64,000 bases of DNA from NCBI GenBank assembly GCA_020137815.1, contig CM035352.1, positions 4,154,001 to 4,218,000 of the forward strand, in the 5' to 3' direction. This DNA comes from Hormiphora californensis. Taxonomy: Eukaryota > Animalia > Ctenophora. The notes beneath the pieces are model-generated. The model searched no databases, was not told the DNA's origin, and saw nothing but the letters and a program-made list of their open reading frames with translations. This document shows positions 50,888 through 61,352 of the stretch, piece after piece. Every line of letters begins with the position of its first letter. Position 1 is the first letter of the stretch. The translations under genes and the position numbers were made by a program.

Positions 50888-51771
50888 TATATACCCTGCT
50901 AACTTAAATAATGCGCCAGTCCCACTAGCGCTCTCTCGATAACCAGCCAGTCCAGCGGCAGATTATTTCCCACTGGCAGGTTATTTATTTTTAACTCCTA
51001 TGTTACATTCAAAGTGTGTGTAAATGATCAGTTCTTACTGAAATACAGAGGGAAACACTGTTTGGAAGAGTTACACACTAAATTGGAGAGAAAGAAACAA
51101 CACATTCCGCCAATTACTCTCTCTTTATCTTCCCTTTTGTTTCACTATCTCAATTCCTCTGTGTTATGTCTGGCATGCCCCATATCTTGTTATTTCTTTC
51201 TCTCTCTCCTTAGTAACTGTTACCAAACAATGTACACTCAATTGAGAGATGTTTTTGACTGTTTCTCAGTTCTCTTTGTGTGTTTTGATTAGTGTTCTCT
51301 CTCTTGTTAGTGTGTAAAGTCGGATTTTTTGAAACTGTCACCCCCCTAGAGTTTTCAAATTTCTTTAAATGACCATAAGTCCGGTTCCTGATGAGATAGA
51401 GACTTGAAATTTGGAAGTTACGAAGATCTTGCTAAGTTCTTCCGAACCTCCAAATTTCAAGTCTCTATCTTATCAGGAACCGGAGATATGACAAATTTTG
51501 TTATTTCAGGGGGGTGACAGTTTCAAAAAATCCGACTTTAATACTTGTAACAAACAACTAAAGCAGGGTATATAACCTATAAACTCTTGCCACAGACGCG
51601 TTATAGGTTTAAACCCCTCCGCCTCTCCCTCGGCTACGCCTCGGGATCGTCGTCGTGATTTAAACCAGTTTATCCGCCAGTGGCGGATAAACTACAGCTA
51701 CCTTCTCCCAGCGGCGCGCTGGGAGAAAGGTATCTGAAATAACGCGCCACTGGCAAGAGTTTATACCTCAT
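50888..51771 (-). mobile_element. Structured non-autonomous element, copy B
   Basis: Homologous to 26299-27213, with the hairpin module at 51579-51764. Confidence 0.75.
51317..51538. mobile_element. 222-bp MITE (AAGTCG termini, TA TSD) nested in copy B
   Basis: TIR AAGTCGGATTTTTTGAAACTGTCACCCCCCT. The empty site gtgtgTAatac is seen in copy A. Confidence 0.88.
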
Positions 51772-52643
51772 ATAATATCTCTTTCTTTCCTTGTACTACA
51801 GTCCGATATGAAGTAAACTGTAGTAAGATCACGTGATATTAGAAAGAATAACTGTGATAGTATAGTGTAGACTGAGAAAGTTTGAAAGTGTGTATCATCA
51901 ACGAATTATGCGATAAGACAGAAAGAATGAAAGGTATAGTACATCATCATCAATCGATGCTTGTTTCGTTATCACATTCTTGTGTGCTAGCCTATCTCAG
52001 GGGTACTCAGTTCTCACTATCACTGATAGGGAGAACTCGAGTACCCCTCCCTATTGACAGCTATTATAAGGCCGGTCGGGTTGGGTTAAGGGCCGAGGGA
52101 GGGGACCGAGACTAGAGACCCCTAGAGAGAAGGGTGAAGGGAGAGGGGGTGAGAGGGTGAGAGGGAGGGGGGGACGCCCGAGAGGCGGGAGGAGAGGAAG
52201 GGGTGCGGGGGGGGGGGGGGGGGTAGGGAGAGAGGAGAGAGAGAGAGAGAGGACACAGCTCAGAGAGATAGACAGAGCATCGATCAACAAATAGGCCCGT
52301 CAGGGTCAATTAGGAGTTAATTCGGGGTCAGGGGGGGGGGCGGTCAGTTGGAGGTGAGAGGGAGAGGGCGGAAGACTGTTGGAGGGAGAGGAGGGGGGAG
52401 AGGGAGAGGGAGAGGGAGAGGGAGGGGAGAGGGAGAGGGAGAGGGAGAGGGGAGAGGGAGAGGGAAGAGGAGAGGAGAGGAGCAGAAGGAGAGGCGAGAG
52501 ATAGGAGAGCGAGAGCGAGAGAGAGATCGACGAGAGAGACGAGATAGAGAGAGATAGAAGCGAGCGAGCGCGATCGCGCGAATATCTCTCGATCTCTCTC
52601 TCACTAGAGCTCTCTCGCTCTCTCTAGCTAGCGAGAGAGAGAG

Positions 52644-52720
<77 letters not shown>

Positions 52721-54089
52721 TCTCTCTCTCTTTCTAAGATTTACCTCTGTCTTTCAACACAAAGAAGACTCCCCTCTGAGCAAGACAGATAGACTGACAG
52801 ATAGACAGACATACTGTAGTCAGAAAATGGAGTTTCATGCATTTTAATTTTTCTCAATTCTCAATTTTTAGTCATGCCCGAGATTGCTTTTTATCTCGAT
52901 GCTTTGCAACACAACCATGACTCCCCCTTCTACATCTTACACTCGCGCGCTATTGGCTGGAAAGAGTCACGTGATGTACATCACGTGACTCTTCCCAAAC
53001 ACTCTCTCTGTAGGATTTCCCTAATAAAAGTTTGCTTAATAACAGGTTTCTTAATTCGTGATCTGCACCCTCCAGGATTGCTTAATTTTGCTTAATTTTA
53101 GAGTTAGTAATAAGAGGACCCTTAATTTTTCTATATTTTAATTTTGGGTTGCTTAAAAGCTTGTTCTTAATTTTGGAGAGTAAGGTAGTTCTTTAATAAA
53201 TGGAGCCTGATCTGTGCCGAACTACAACCCTCATCTCCATCCCCAATCTTCACCGAGATAGGCAGCTAGACGCTGGTCAGTAGGAGCAGGAGTTTACCTG
53301 TCGCGTGTTCTCCCCCTGTACCCAGGATTTGTGCGTGGATTGTTGAGTGGCGAGTGGAGTCCAGGCCTAGAGGAGAATGAGATGGCCGGCAGTCCCCCAA
53401 TCCTGGGGAAGTAGTCCTGCTTAGCTCAGGACAGTGTGACAGTAGTCAGCTGGTTTTTTGTAGATTGGAGCCAGTTGGGGGAGACTATCCTACTCTATGG
53501 TCGGTGGAGGTGGCGGATGGGCAGTGTGAGTGTGAGTGTGTTTAGGGCCAGATATTTACGGACATTTTGGTAGAATGGACATTTTATTTTAAATTTTAGC
53601 TTTTATGTTGGTGCCAGGGAATAAAATTTTAGCGGTTGGTAGAGAATTGACAATCGAGTTTATTAGGATATTTAATTTCCTGATTACGTAAACGTGATTG
53701 ATATTTTTGATTGTATTTTGAGTCCAATTACGAACTCAAAAGACAATTCTTTTTTGTCAGGGGCATATGTTATAGTGTGTATTGACACGGTAGTAGCAAT
53801 ACCACTATACATGAGAATCACGCCTCATATAAGGCCTCACCCCATAACCCAGTACTTGTCTTAATGTCTTAGTGATAACAGTCATGTGATTCTAGATAAG
53901 TTTCTGTATATAACTTGCATTCATATTTCTATTCTTCATTGCAATTCACTACAATCGAAAACTCGTCTATCGTTACTTTGTTTCCCAACCCCCTGGCATG
54001 GCGGTGGAGGTGTGGTATGGTCTGGTCCTTTGGGTGTCAACCTAGTTCTTTAATATTGTGCACCATGCGTTGCCCTACTAATCATACAG

Positions 54090-54797
54090 TTATGAAACCC
54101 GATAGCTGATTTATCGGTCGTTTGAACATTTTGCGCACACATGATATCTGCTAGCTGGGGGATTTAACACCCTGCTCGCGTTTTAACAGTCCAGTTCCCT
54201 TTTTCTCGCGTTTCTCTTGATTTGAATAACAGGCGTGTAAAATTCCAAGTAATAAAAATGTGTGTAAACACACAGTTCCGTCAACAAGAGAGAGGGGAAA
54301 CATGTCTGCAACACTTTTCAATGTTATCTCTCTCATAAAAAGTCAAAAGAATCACATTCCTATCTTTCTCTCTCTCTCTCATTCCCTCTTTTACTGTTCA
54401 ATATCTCTCACTGTGTGTATTGGCCCCAATCTTGCTCTCTCTTACTCAAATATGTTAGGAACAGTTGCAACTAGGTGCCAGTTATGAGTTAGTCTACACA
54501 CAGTTTGGGGACGTCTGTTGACTATTTTCCAGTACTCCTTGTGTGTTTTACCTTGTGTTGTCTCTCTTCTTTGTGTGTAATTACTATCGGGTTTCATAAA
54601 CTATGAACGTTTGTTAGCCTATCGCGTTATAGGTTTAAATCACCTCCCCCTCACCCTCGGCTGGCGCCTCGGGATCGGCGTCGGGATTTAAACCAGTTTA
54701 ATCGCCCTGCCGGGCGATTAAACTCCAGTTGGCTGTCCCCAGCTCGCGCTGGGAACAGCCAACTTCATAACGCGCCAGTCTACAAACGTTCATAGTT
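54090..54797 (-). mobile_element. Structured non-autonomous element, diverged copy C
   Basis: Same architecture: TTATGAAACCCGATAG is inverted at 54584-54599, followed by the homologous hairpin module 54599-54797. Confidence 0.72.
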
Positions 54798-55065
54798 CAT
54801 TTGAATTCAGTTATGAGTTCATCCATTGATGTGACGCCACGTAGTCTGATAACAATTTGCACAAATGTAAGGTGGAAAATATAAAACTAAACAATATATA
54901 AAACACTTAAAAACAGGAATCTATAAAAACACAAAAAAGTGACCCTGATACATAAAACTCAACAAGACCAGTCTAATCATATTTTCCAGCCAGAAGGAGA
55001 AAACTAAACTTTCTCAATACGGCTCATAAATCAATCAACCGTTCCTTATACTCCAAGGTTTTTAA

Positions 55066-56535
55066 TTATAGACCAAAACAAACCAGTTTCTCCTCTTGGA
55101 ACTCGTGAATCCCAACATGACCCGCCTCCCGTCCAATACCACTCTCCTTCCATCCTCCAAATGGATTATTAGCGGAGGATATGGCTCCTTCATTGACTGC
55201 TACCATCCCATACTCCAACTCCTCAGAAACCCTCCAGGATTGGGCGAGATCCTGGGTAAAAATGAACGCTTGTAACCCATAACGGGTGTTATTTGCTAAC
55301 CTCACCGCTTCTTCCTCAGATGAGAACGAATAGACGGGTGCTATAGGGCCGAATATTTCGGTGTGAAAGAGAGGTGTTTCGTGGTCCGAGCCGCACATAA
55401 CCACTCGGGGAGACACAAAAGGAGAAGAGTTGGAGTCTGGTTTTGTGATTGTTTCATGTTGACTGGTGCCTAATAAGGTTGAAACTCTTTCAAATGCCCG
55501 GGAATTAACAAGCGGTCCAACTGAAATACCATCATCCAACCCATTTCCAACTTTCAGTTTGCAAACTCGTTTCGCCAACTTCTCGACAAACTCACTGTAG
55601 AGGGATTCGTGAACCAGGATACGATTGGCAGCATTGCATGCTTGGCCGGCATTCCTGAATTTGGCCAACATGCACCCAGCAACTGCCCTATCCACATCGG
55701 CACTTTGAAACACAATGAAAGGAGCATTACCACCCAGCTCCAGGTGTAACCGTTTAATTGTGTCCCCACACTGCCTGTAGAGAAGTTTTCCAACCTCCGT
55801 CGATCCTGTAAAACTGAGACAAGCCACATCCTCACTCTCACACAGAGTCTCTCCGAGCACCTGTTTGTCTTCTCGTGCACACGGAATAACGTTGAATAGG
55901 CCCTCAGGGAAGCCTGCCTTGACAGCAAGTTCACCCATGAACAGTGACGTCAGAGGGGTGTCCTCAGAGGGAGCGTTGATAACGGAACAACCCGCTGCAA
56001 TTGCTGCACCCGCCTTACGGGTTACCATGGCAATGGGGAAATTCCAAGGAGTTATAGTAGCCACCACACCAACGGGTTGTCGGATACTGATGGGCCGCCA
56101 CCGGGCTTGACCTGGTGTCAGGACTTCTCCCGTTAGGCCTGTTCGAATCTGGGCAGCAAAATGGGGAAGGAAACTGTTTCCATATAAAACTTCCCCCTTG
56201 GCCTCGGAAAGAGGCTTTCCCATCTCCAGGGTAACAAGTTCCGCGAGAGTGGACGCATTTTTGGAAATTTCTTCGGACCACTTCAACAGCAAATCTGCCC
56301 TGTACGATGGTAAAGAAGTTCGGAACTTGGAGAAACACTCTTGGGCAGCCTGGATAGCAGCTAAAACCTCAACGCGACCACAGGAGGAGACATCTCCAAT
56401 GGATTCACCTGTTGCAGGGTTTATGGATTGGGTGACACGTGACGTTGAAACTGCACAATTCTTTATCAACGCTTTGTTTAGACCAGAGAACCTTTGAAGA
56501 GTCATCGCTATAACAATAACAATAACAATATACAT
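55066..56535 (-). CDS. ALDH5A1: Succinate-semialdehyde dehydrogenase (ALDH5/GabD family), intronless
   Basis: ITPWNFPIAMVTRK, FTGSTEVGK, LELGGNAPF (catalytic Glu), KFRNAGQAC (catalytic Cys), EIFGP and PFGGWKESGIGRE. The start may be the second Met at 56505. Confidence 0.9.
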   Translation of the reverse strand: MYIVIVIVIAMTLQRFSGLNKALIKNCAVSTSRVTQSINPATGESIGDVSSCGRVEVLAAIQAAQECFSKFRTSLPSYRADLLLKWSEEISKNASTLAELVTLEMGKPLSEAKGEVLYGNSFLPHFAAQIRTGLTGEVLTPGQARWRPISIRQPVGVVATITPWNFPIAMVTRKAGAAIAAGCSVINAPSEDTPLTSLFMGELAVKAGFPEGLFNVIPCAREDKQVLGETLCESEDVACLSFTGSTEVGKLLYRQCGDTIKRLHLELGGNAPFIVFQSADVDRAVAGCMLAKFRNAGQACNAANRILVHESLYSEFVEKLAKRVCKLKVGNGLDDGISVGPLVNSRAFERVSTLLGTSQHETITKPDSNSSPFVSPRVVMCGSDHETPLFHTEIFGPIAPVYSFSSEEEAVRLANNTRYGLQAFIFTQDLAQSWRVSEELEYGMVAVNEGAISSANNPFGGWKESGIGREAGHVGIHEFQEEKLVCFGL

Positions 56536-56662
56536 ATTTAAATCGCTTTTGAGCTATATAATGCTATTCTCGATCCGCTTAAACAGCGTCCTCTCGATAA
56601 TAGCAAGCTTTCTAAAGCGCTTCATCGCTGAAATAACCTATAGACATTCGTCCTCGTCGTCA

Positions 56663-56744
56663 TCACTGCGCTGGCAAGCGCAAAGGTGACCCCATCCATC
56701 CCCCGAAAAAAATTTCCCCCAAAAACGGCCCGCTTGCTCACAGC
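56663..56744 (+). repeat. 5' piece of the 8876-9168 repeat, cut off at the LINE 3' tail
   Basis: Near-identical to 8876-8958 up to CTCACAGC. Confidence 0.8.
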
Positions 56745-57075
56745 TATGAATATGAATATGAACTTCACAATTTATATCAAGTCAATATAAGAAAATATAT
56801 GACTCTCCCGCTCTTACACTATACGTATAAAATATAGTTAAAAATTAAGTACATTAATATACGCTTCTAGGCCGAGGCTAATAGCACAACAGCAGTTACC
56901 TAAAGCGGGACAAACACACACAGACGAACCAATGAGACGGGTAACAATGAGCTGAGAGCTAAACGGACAGATAGATTTAACCAGGTTTAATAAATTACTA
57001 AAATCGAAAAGAAAAAGGCGAATAAGTTAGTTAAAAATACGGTAGTTACAAAACACCACCACACATACACACACA

Positions 57076-57126
<51 letters not shown>

Positions 57127-57649
57127 CTCACACTCAAACTCACACTCACACTCACACTCACACTTATACCCCAACACCCAAAAGATAAAGACATACACAA
57201 AACACAAATAAGTTAAGTTAAATAAGTTAATTAAAAAATGGTCATCTCACAAGAGAACACAAAGGTGCACACACAAACGGACACAGCATACCTAGACTAC
57301 TTGGAAACAGTAAATCATGTTCAGCACACATCGTTTACATAAAAATAGTAAGATTGTCATTGATAAACACATACTTATCATCACTTTCGAAGTGTTCATT
57401 TACAGTCTGCAGGAATAACTGCACTTTCAGCCGTTTTCGTAACGGTACACGTTTCTTGTAACTGTTTTCTCCTGGCCCATACTCGGCCAATTCTCGACTA
57501 CCCTCAGACTCTACTCCACATCTCAGTTGCCAAGATCCTACTAACCCATACACCCACCACACACAAACGAACAAGAATACGCACTCAAAAAACCCTAGCT
57601 CTGAACAATATGTGGAGGACGTCTCTCCTAACTCGGGATGGTGGTGAAA

Positions 57650-58290
57650 TAGGACGGATGGTGGAGGATAGGAGTGATGGTACTATCTAGGACAGCTGAT
57701 AGAGGATAGGAACAGGATGATGGAGGATAGGATGGATGGTGAAGGATGGATGGTGGAGGATAGGAAGGATGGTGGGGGATTGGACGGATGATGGAGGATG
57801 GGAGAGATGGTGGAGGATAGGACGGGTGGTGGAAAGTTTGACGAAAGATGGAGGATAGGACGGATGGTCGAGGATAGGACGAATGGTGAAAGGATGCGAC
57901 AGATGGTGGTGGAGGATATTTCAGATCATGGTGGAGGATAGGACGGATGGTGGAGGATATGACGGATGGTGGAGGATATGACGGATGGTGGAGGATGGGA
58001 CGGATGGTGGAGGATAGGACGGATGGTGAAGGATAGGACGAAAGGTGGAGACTGGGACAGATGGTGGAGGATAGGACGAAAGGTGGAGGAAAGGACGGAT
58101 GGTGAAGGATAGGATGGATAGGATGGTGGAGGATAGAGCATATAGCATATGGTGGAGGATAGGACGAATGGTGGGGGATAGGACGGATGGTGGAGGAAAG
58201 GACGGATGGTGGAGGATAGGACAGATGGTGGAGGGTAGGACGAAAAGTGGAGGATAGGATGGATGGTGGAGGATATGATGAGTGGTTGAG
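57650..58290. repeat. About 19-bp GGA-rich minisatellite in the LINE 3' UTR, plus (CA)n near 57060-57160
   Basis: Degenerate GGATGGTGGAGGATAGGAC units. Confidence 0.9.
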
Positions 58291-58406
58291 GATAGAATCT
58301 ATGAAAGGATTCAGAGGTCAGGATTCAGGAGGTCAGAGGAAATCGGAAGGTCATTCAGGTTACGATCATACTAGGTATTGTATGTATGATATCATAGGAA
58401 CGGAAG

Positions 58407-61352
58407 TTAGTCATAGGCAATGTTGAACAGGTGAGTCTTCAGTGATTTCTTGAATGTTGCTACAGACTCTGATTTCCTGATTAATTTTGGAAGTCTGTTC
58501 CAGAGTTTTGGTGCAGCAATGCTAAATGCTTTCTCAGTAACCTTGTACTTGCAGTGGTACTCCTCTAATCTTGTGTCATCGTCATCTACTCTGAGTTTCT
58601 TGGACTTCGCCTGCCTCTTCTGGATCATCTCAGTGATGTAGCATGGAGATTTACCATTAAGTGCATTGTATACCATTAGGCACATTTTGTACTTGATGCG
58701 TTGGTTGATTGGAAGGAAGTGGGATTTCTTTCTCAATTCGGTTACACCTCTTCTGCTGCGCTGACCGTATATAAATCGTGTGGCCGCGTTTTGGAGTACT
58801 TGGAGACGTTTTATATCGGATTCCTTCGAACCAAGGAGTAGGGCATTACAGTAATCGATTCTGGAGTGTATCAGGGTGTTGACAAGAAGAGTCTTCTGGT
58901 TCTTGTTTAGCTTACTAGCTATCCTCCACATGTTTACCAACTGTAGATTGCCCATCTGGACTATCCGTGTTACATGCTTGGTCATGTTTAGCTCTTTATC
59001 AAATATTACTCCCAGGTTCTTGGCTACTTCAGTTACAACTGTATCCTCATCTTCTGTTATGGCGACTGTATCAGGAGCTTCCGATTTATCCCATTTGTTG
59101 TTAAGTATCATGACCTCCGTCTTGTTAGGATTCAACTTGAGAAGATTTTGAGCCATCCATAGTCTAATATGAGCAACACACTTTTGTACCTGGCTCATAG
59201 CTGAAATTAGGTTTTCAGGCACAAAAGATATAGAGAGCTGTGTATCATCTGCGTACATATGTATCTTTAGATTGTACAGCTGAGCAATCTTCTCCAGGTC
59301 ACGGGTGTAGAGTATGAAGAGAAGGGGCCCCAAAATCGATCCTTGAGGGACTCCGATTTTGATGGTCGTGGTAGCAGATTCGTTCGGTCCGATCTTCACT
59401 ATCGCAGTTCTATCATTCAAATAAGACTCTATCCATTTGAGAACTCTGCCAGTGATTCCATAGTCTTGCTGTAGACGTTGAATGAGCTTAGAGTGAGATA
59501 TAGTGTCAAAAGCTGCCGATAGATCGAGCAGCACAAGGATCACTTTTGTTTTCTTGTCCATCTGTATTAGAGTGTCGTTTACGATCTTCAAAGTTGCAGT
59601 CTCACAGCTATGGTGTGAGCGATACGCAGACTGGACCTTGCTAAAAAGTCCATTGCTCTCAATGTGCTCAGTGAGTTGATCGGCAACACATTTTTCTAGG
59701 ATCTTGGACACAAAGGAGAGATTAGAGATCGGTCTGTAGCTACTGAGTTCGTCTGGGTCCAATTCTTTGTTTTTCAAGGAGGGTCGGATAACAGCGGATT
59801 TTAAGTTGGCTGGAACCACTCCGTCCGATAGACTACCGTTCACAATCTTAGAGATAATGGGGACGAGTTCTGTCAGAGAACCAGCTACCATGGTGGATGG
59901 AATAGGGTCGAGAGGACAGTGTTTCTTGTTCATGCTCCGAACAGTTGATACAAGTTCGGCGTCAGACACTGTCCTAAACTTGGAGAGTACCGGGCAGTGA
60001 TGAGCAGATAGTTCATGGGGAATAGTTGGCAGATCAGCTGAGTAAGCAGGGTCCTCTTTAATTGTCTCATAAATCTTCTCGATCTTGGATTTAAAGTAGT
60101 CCATCATCTTGTCTGGAAGCTTCTCAGGCTCATCTGTGGTTGGTAACTGCTTTGGAACTTTCTCTTTGCCAAGAAGATAGTTAAGGATCTGATAGGTAGC
60201 AGCAGGATTACCTTCAGCGGCTTCAAGGCGTATTTGGAAGAACATTCTTCTGGCTCGAGTGAAAACAAGCTTTGCAGCACGGATTTCAGTGATAAACTCC
60301 TTCTCTGCATCTAGCACTTTGTCGTGGGGGACGGGTTTGCCCTTGTTTTTCTTTTGTAGGGCTTGTTTAAGGGTTTTCCTGTATCTTCGCTCAGCCTTCC
60401 TACGCCTTCTAAGGGCATTATAGCACTCTTGGTTGAACCACTGTGGTTTGCTGGAGAGTTTGATGTCTTTATCCTCAATCGGTGCCAGTTCATCTAGTAT
60501 CTGTACAAGAGTAGTGTTATAGAGTTCAACACATTCCTCAACGGTCTTTGGAAGAGGTTGTTTACAGAGTTTAGATTGGAGTATGTAGGTTTTCAGGGTT
60601 TCAATCGATAGTTTCTTCAATGATCGTCCAGTAACTTTCTTGGAGATTAGCTTCCTGTTCGCTGACCCACAATGTAGATGAAAGTCAACGAGAAAGTGGT
60701 CTGGAGCCTCGGGGGTCGGGATAACATTCACAGAGCTTACAATGGGGACATCCTTCGTCAAAACAAGGTCCAGGGTTCCTCCTAGGATATGGGTGGGTTC
60801 TTGAACATGCTGGATCCATCCATGGTCTTCCAAGGTTTGCAGGAAACCGTTTGCAAGAGTGCATGTAGGCTTTTCGATGTGTATATTGAAATCCCCGGTT
60901 ATCATCAAATGGCCAGACTTCGAAGAGAAAGAGGACAAGAAAGCTTCAAAATCATCCAGAAACTGTATCTGCTTAGGTTGGTTTGGAGGGCGGTAGATTA
61001 CTGCTATTCTTGTGAGATCAATACCTGGACCGTAAATAGTGGCTTCAAGAAGCTCAAAGGTTAGGAACTTTTTCTTCGGTTTACATTTCTTTACATTTAT
61101 TCCATCCCTATAAATGAGTGCCACGCCCCCACCTCTGCTACCTCTAGCCACATTGAGTAAATTGAAGTTCAGCTCAGCGATTTCTCTTGAGAGGGCTTCA
61201 TCATTAGGGGATAACCAGGACTCAGTAATGCATAGTACATCTAGTTCCTGTTCAGCGGCTAGAATAAGTACTTCTTCAGTTTTGTTTCGCAGTGAGCAGC
61301 AATTAAGATTACCGATGCGAAGATAAGGGACATTGAGCAGATCTAGTTTTTT
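58407..61352 (-). CDS. LINE ORF2: APE endonuclease + reverse transcriptase (no AUG upstream of the APE domain)
   Basis: GNLNCCSL, CITESWL, IYRPP, TGDFN, TLDLV, PDH; YRPISNL, LDLSAAFDT, GVPQGSILGP, YADDTQ; C-terminal HFLPI..RI.YK and FKKSLKTHLF (L2-like). Confidence 0.95.
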   Translation of the reverse strand, partial: KKLDLLNVPYLRIGNLNCCSLRNKTEEVLILAAEQELDVLCITESWLSPNDEALSREIAELNFNLLNVARGSRGGGVALIYRDGINVKKCKPKKKFLTFELLEATIYGPGIDLTRIAVIYRPPNQPKQIQFLDDFEAFLSSFSSKSGHLMITGDFNIHIEKPTCTLANGFLQTLEDHGWIQHVQEPTHILGGTLDLVLTKDVPIVSSVNVIPTPEAPDHFLVDFHLHCGSANRKLISKKVTGRSLKKLSIETLKTYILQSKLCKQPLPKTVEECVELYNTTLVQILDELAPIEDKDIKLSSKPQWFNQECYNALRRRRKAERRYRKTLKQALQKKNKGKPVPHDKVLDAEKEFITEIRAAKLVFTRARRMFFQIRLEAAEGNPAATYQILNYLLGKEKVPKQLPTTDEPEKLPDKMMDYFKSKIEKIYETIKEDPAYSADLPTIPHELSAHHCPVLSKFRTVSDAELVSTVRSMNKKHCPLDPIPSTMVAGSLTELVPIISKIVNGSLSDGVVPANLKSAVIRPSLKNKELDPDELSSYRPISNLSFVSKILEKCVADQLTEHIESNGLFSKVQSAYRSHHSCETATLKIVNDTLIQMDKKTKVILVLLDLSAAFDTISHSKLIQRLQQDYGITGRVLKWIESYLNDRTAIVKIGPNESATTTIKIGVPQGSILGPLLFILYTRDLEKIAQLYNLKIHMYADDTQLSISFVPENLISAMSQVQKCVAHIRLWMAQNLLKLNPNKTEVMILNNKWDKSEAPDTVAITEDEDTVVTEVAKNLGVIFDKELNMTKHVTRIVQMGNLQLVNMWRIASKLNKNQKTLLVNTLIHSRIDYCNALLLGSKESDIKRLQVLQNAATRFIYGQRSRRGVTELRKKSHFLPINQRIKYKMCLMVYNALNGKSPCYITEMIQKRQAKSKKLRVDDDDTRLEEYHCKYKVTEKAFSIAAPKLWNRLPKLIRKSESVATFKKSLKTHLFNIAYD

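Larger units (their letters stand above)
50146..53185. mobile_element. TA-TSD TIR element, copy 2, inserted in the TRIM 5' LTR
   Basis: TIR CCTTACTCTCCAAAATTAAGA. The empty site caaccTAgttct in the 3' LTR shows the TA duplication. Confidence 0.92.
49869..54055 (+). mobile_element. TRIM (miniature non-coding LTR retrotransposon), 5' LTR interrupted
   Basis: 288-bp LTRs TGTTA..TAATA (49869-50145 plus 53188-53198, and 53768-54055), apparently identical. TSD TTGT. PBS-like TGGAGCC at 53201 and a U-tract plus AGGGG before the 3' LTR. Confidence 0.88.

Noticed and set aside
51388-51410. CTGATGA..GAAA as a hammerhead ribozyme core
   Set aside because: There is no stem II or III. It is one arm of the MITE internal palindrome, and the sister MITE has CTGATAA.
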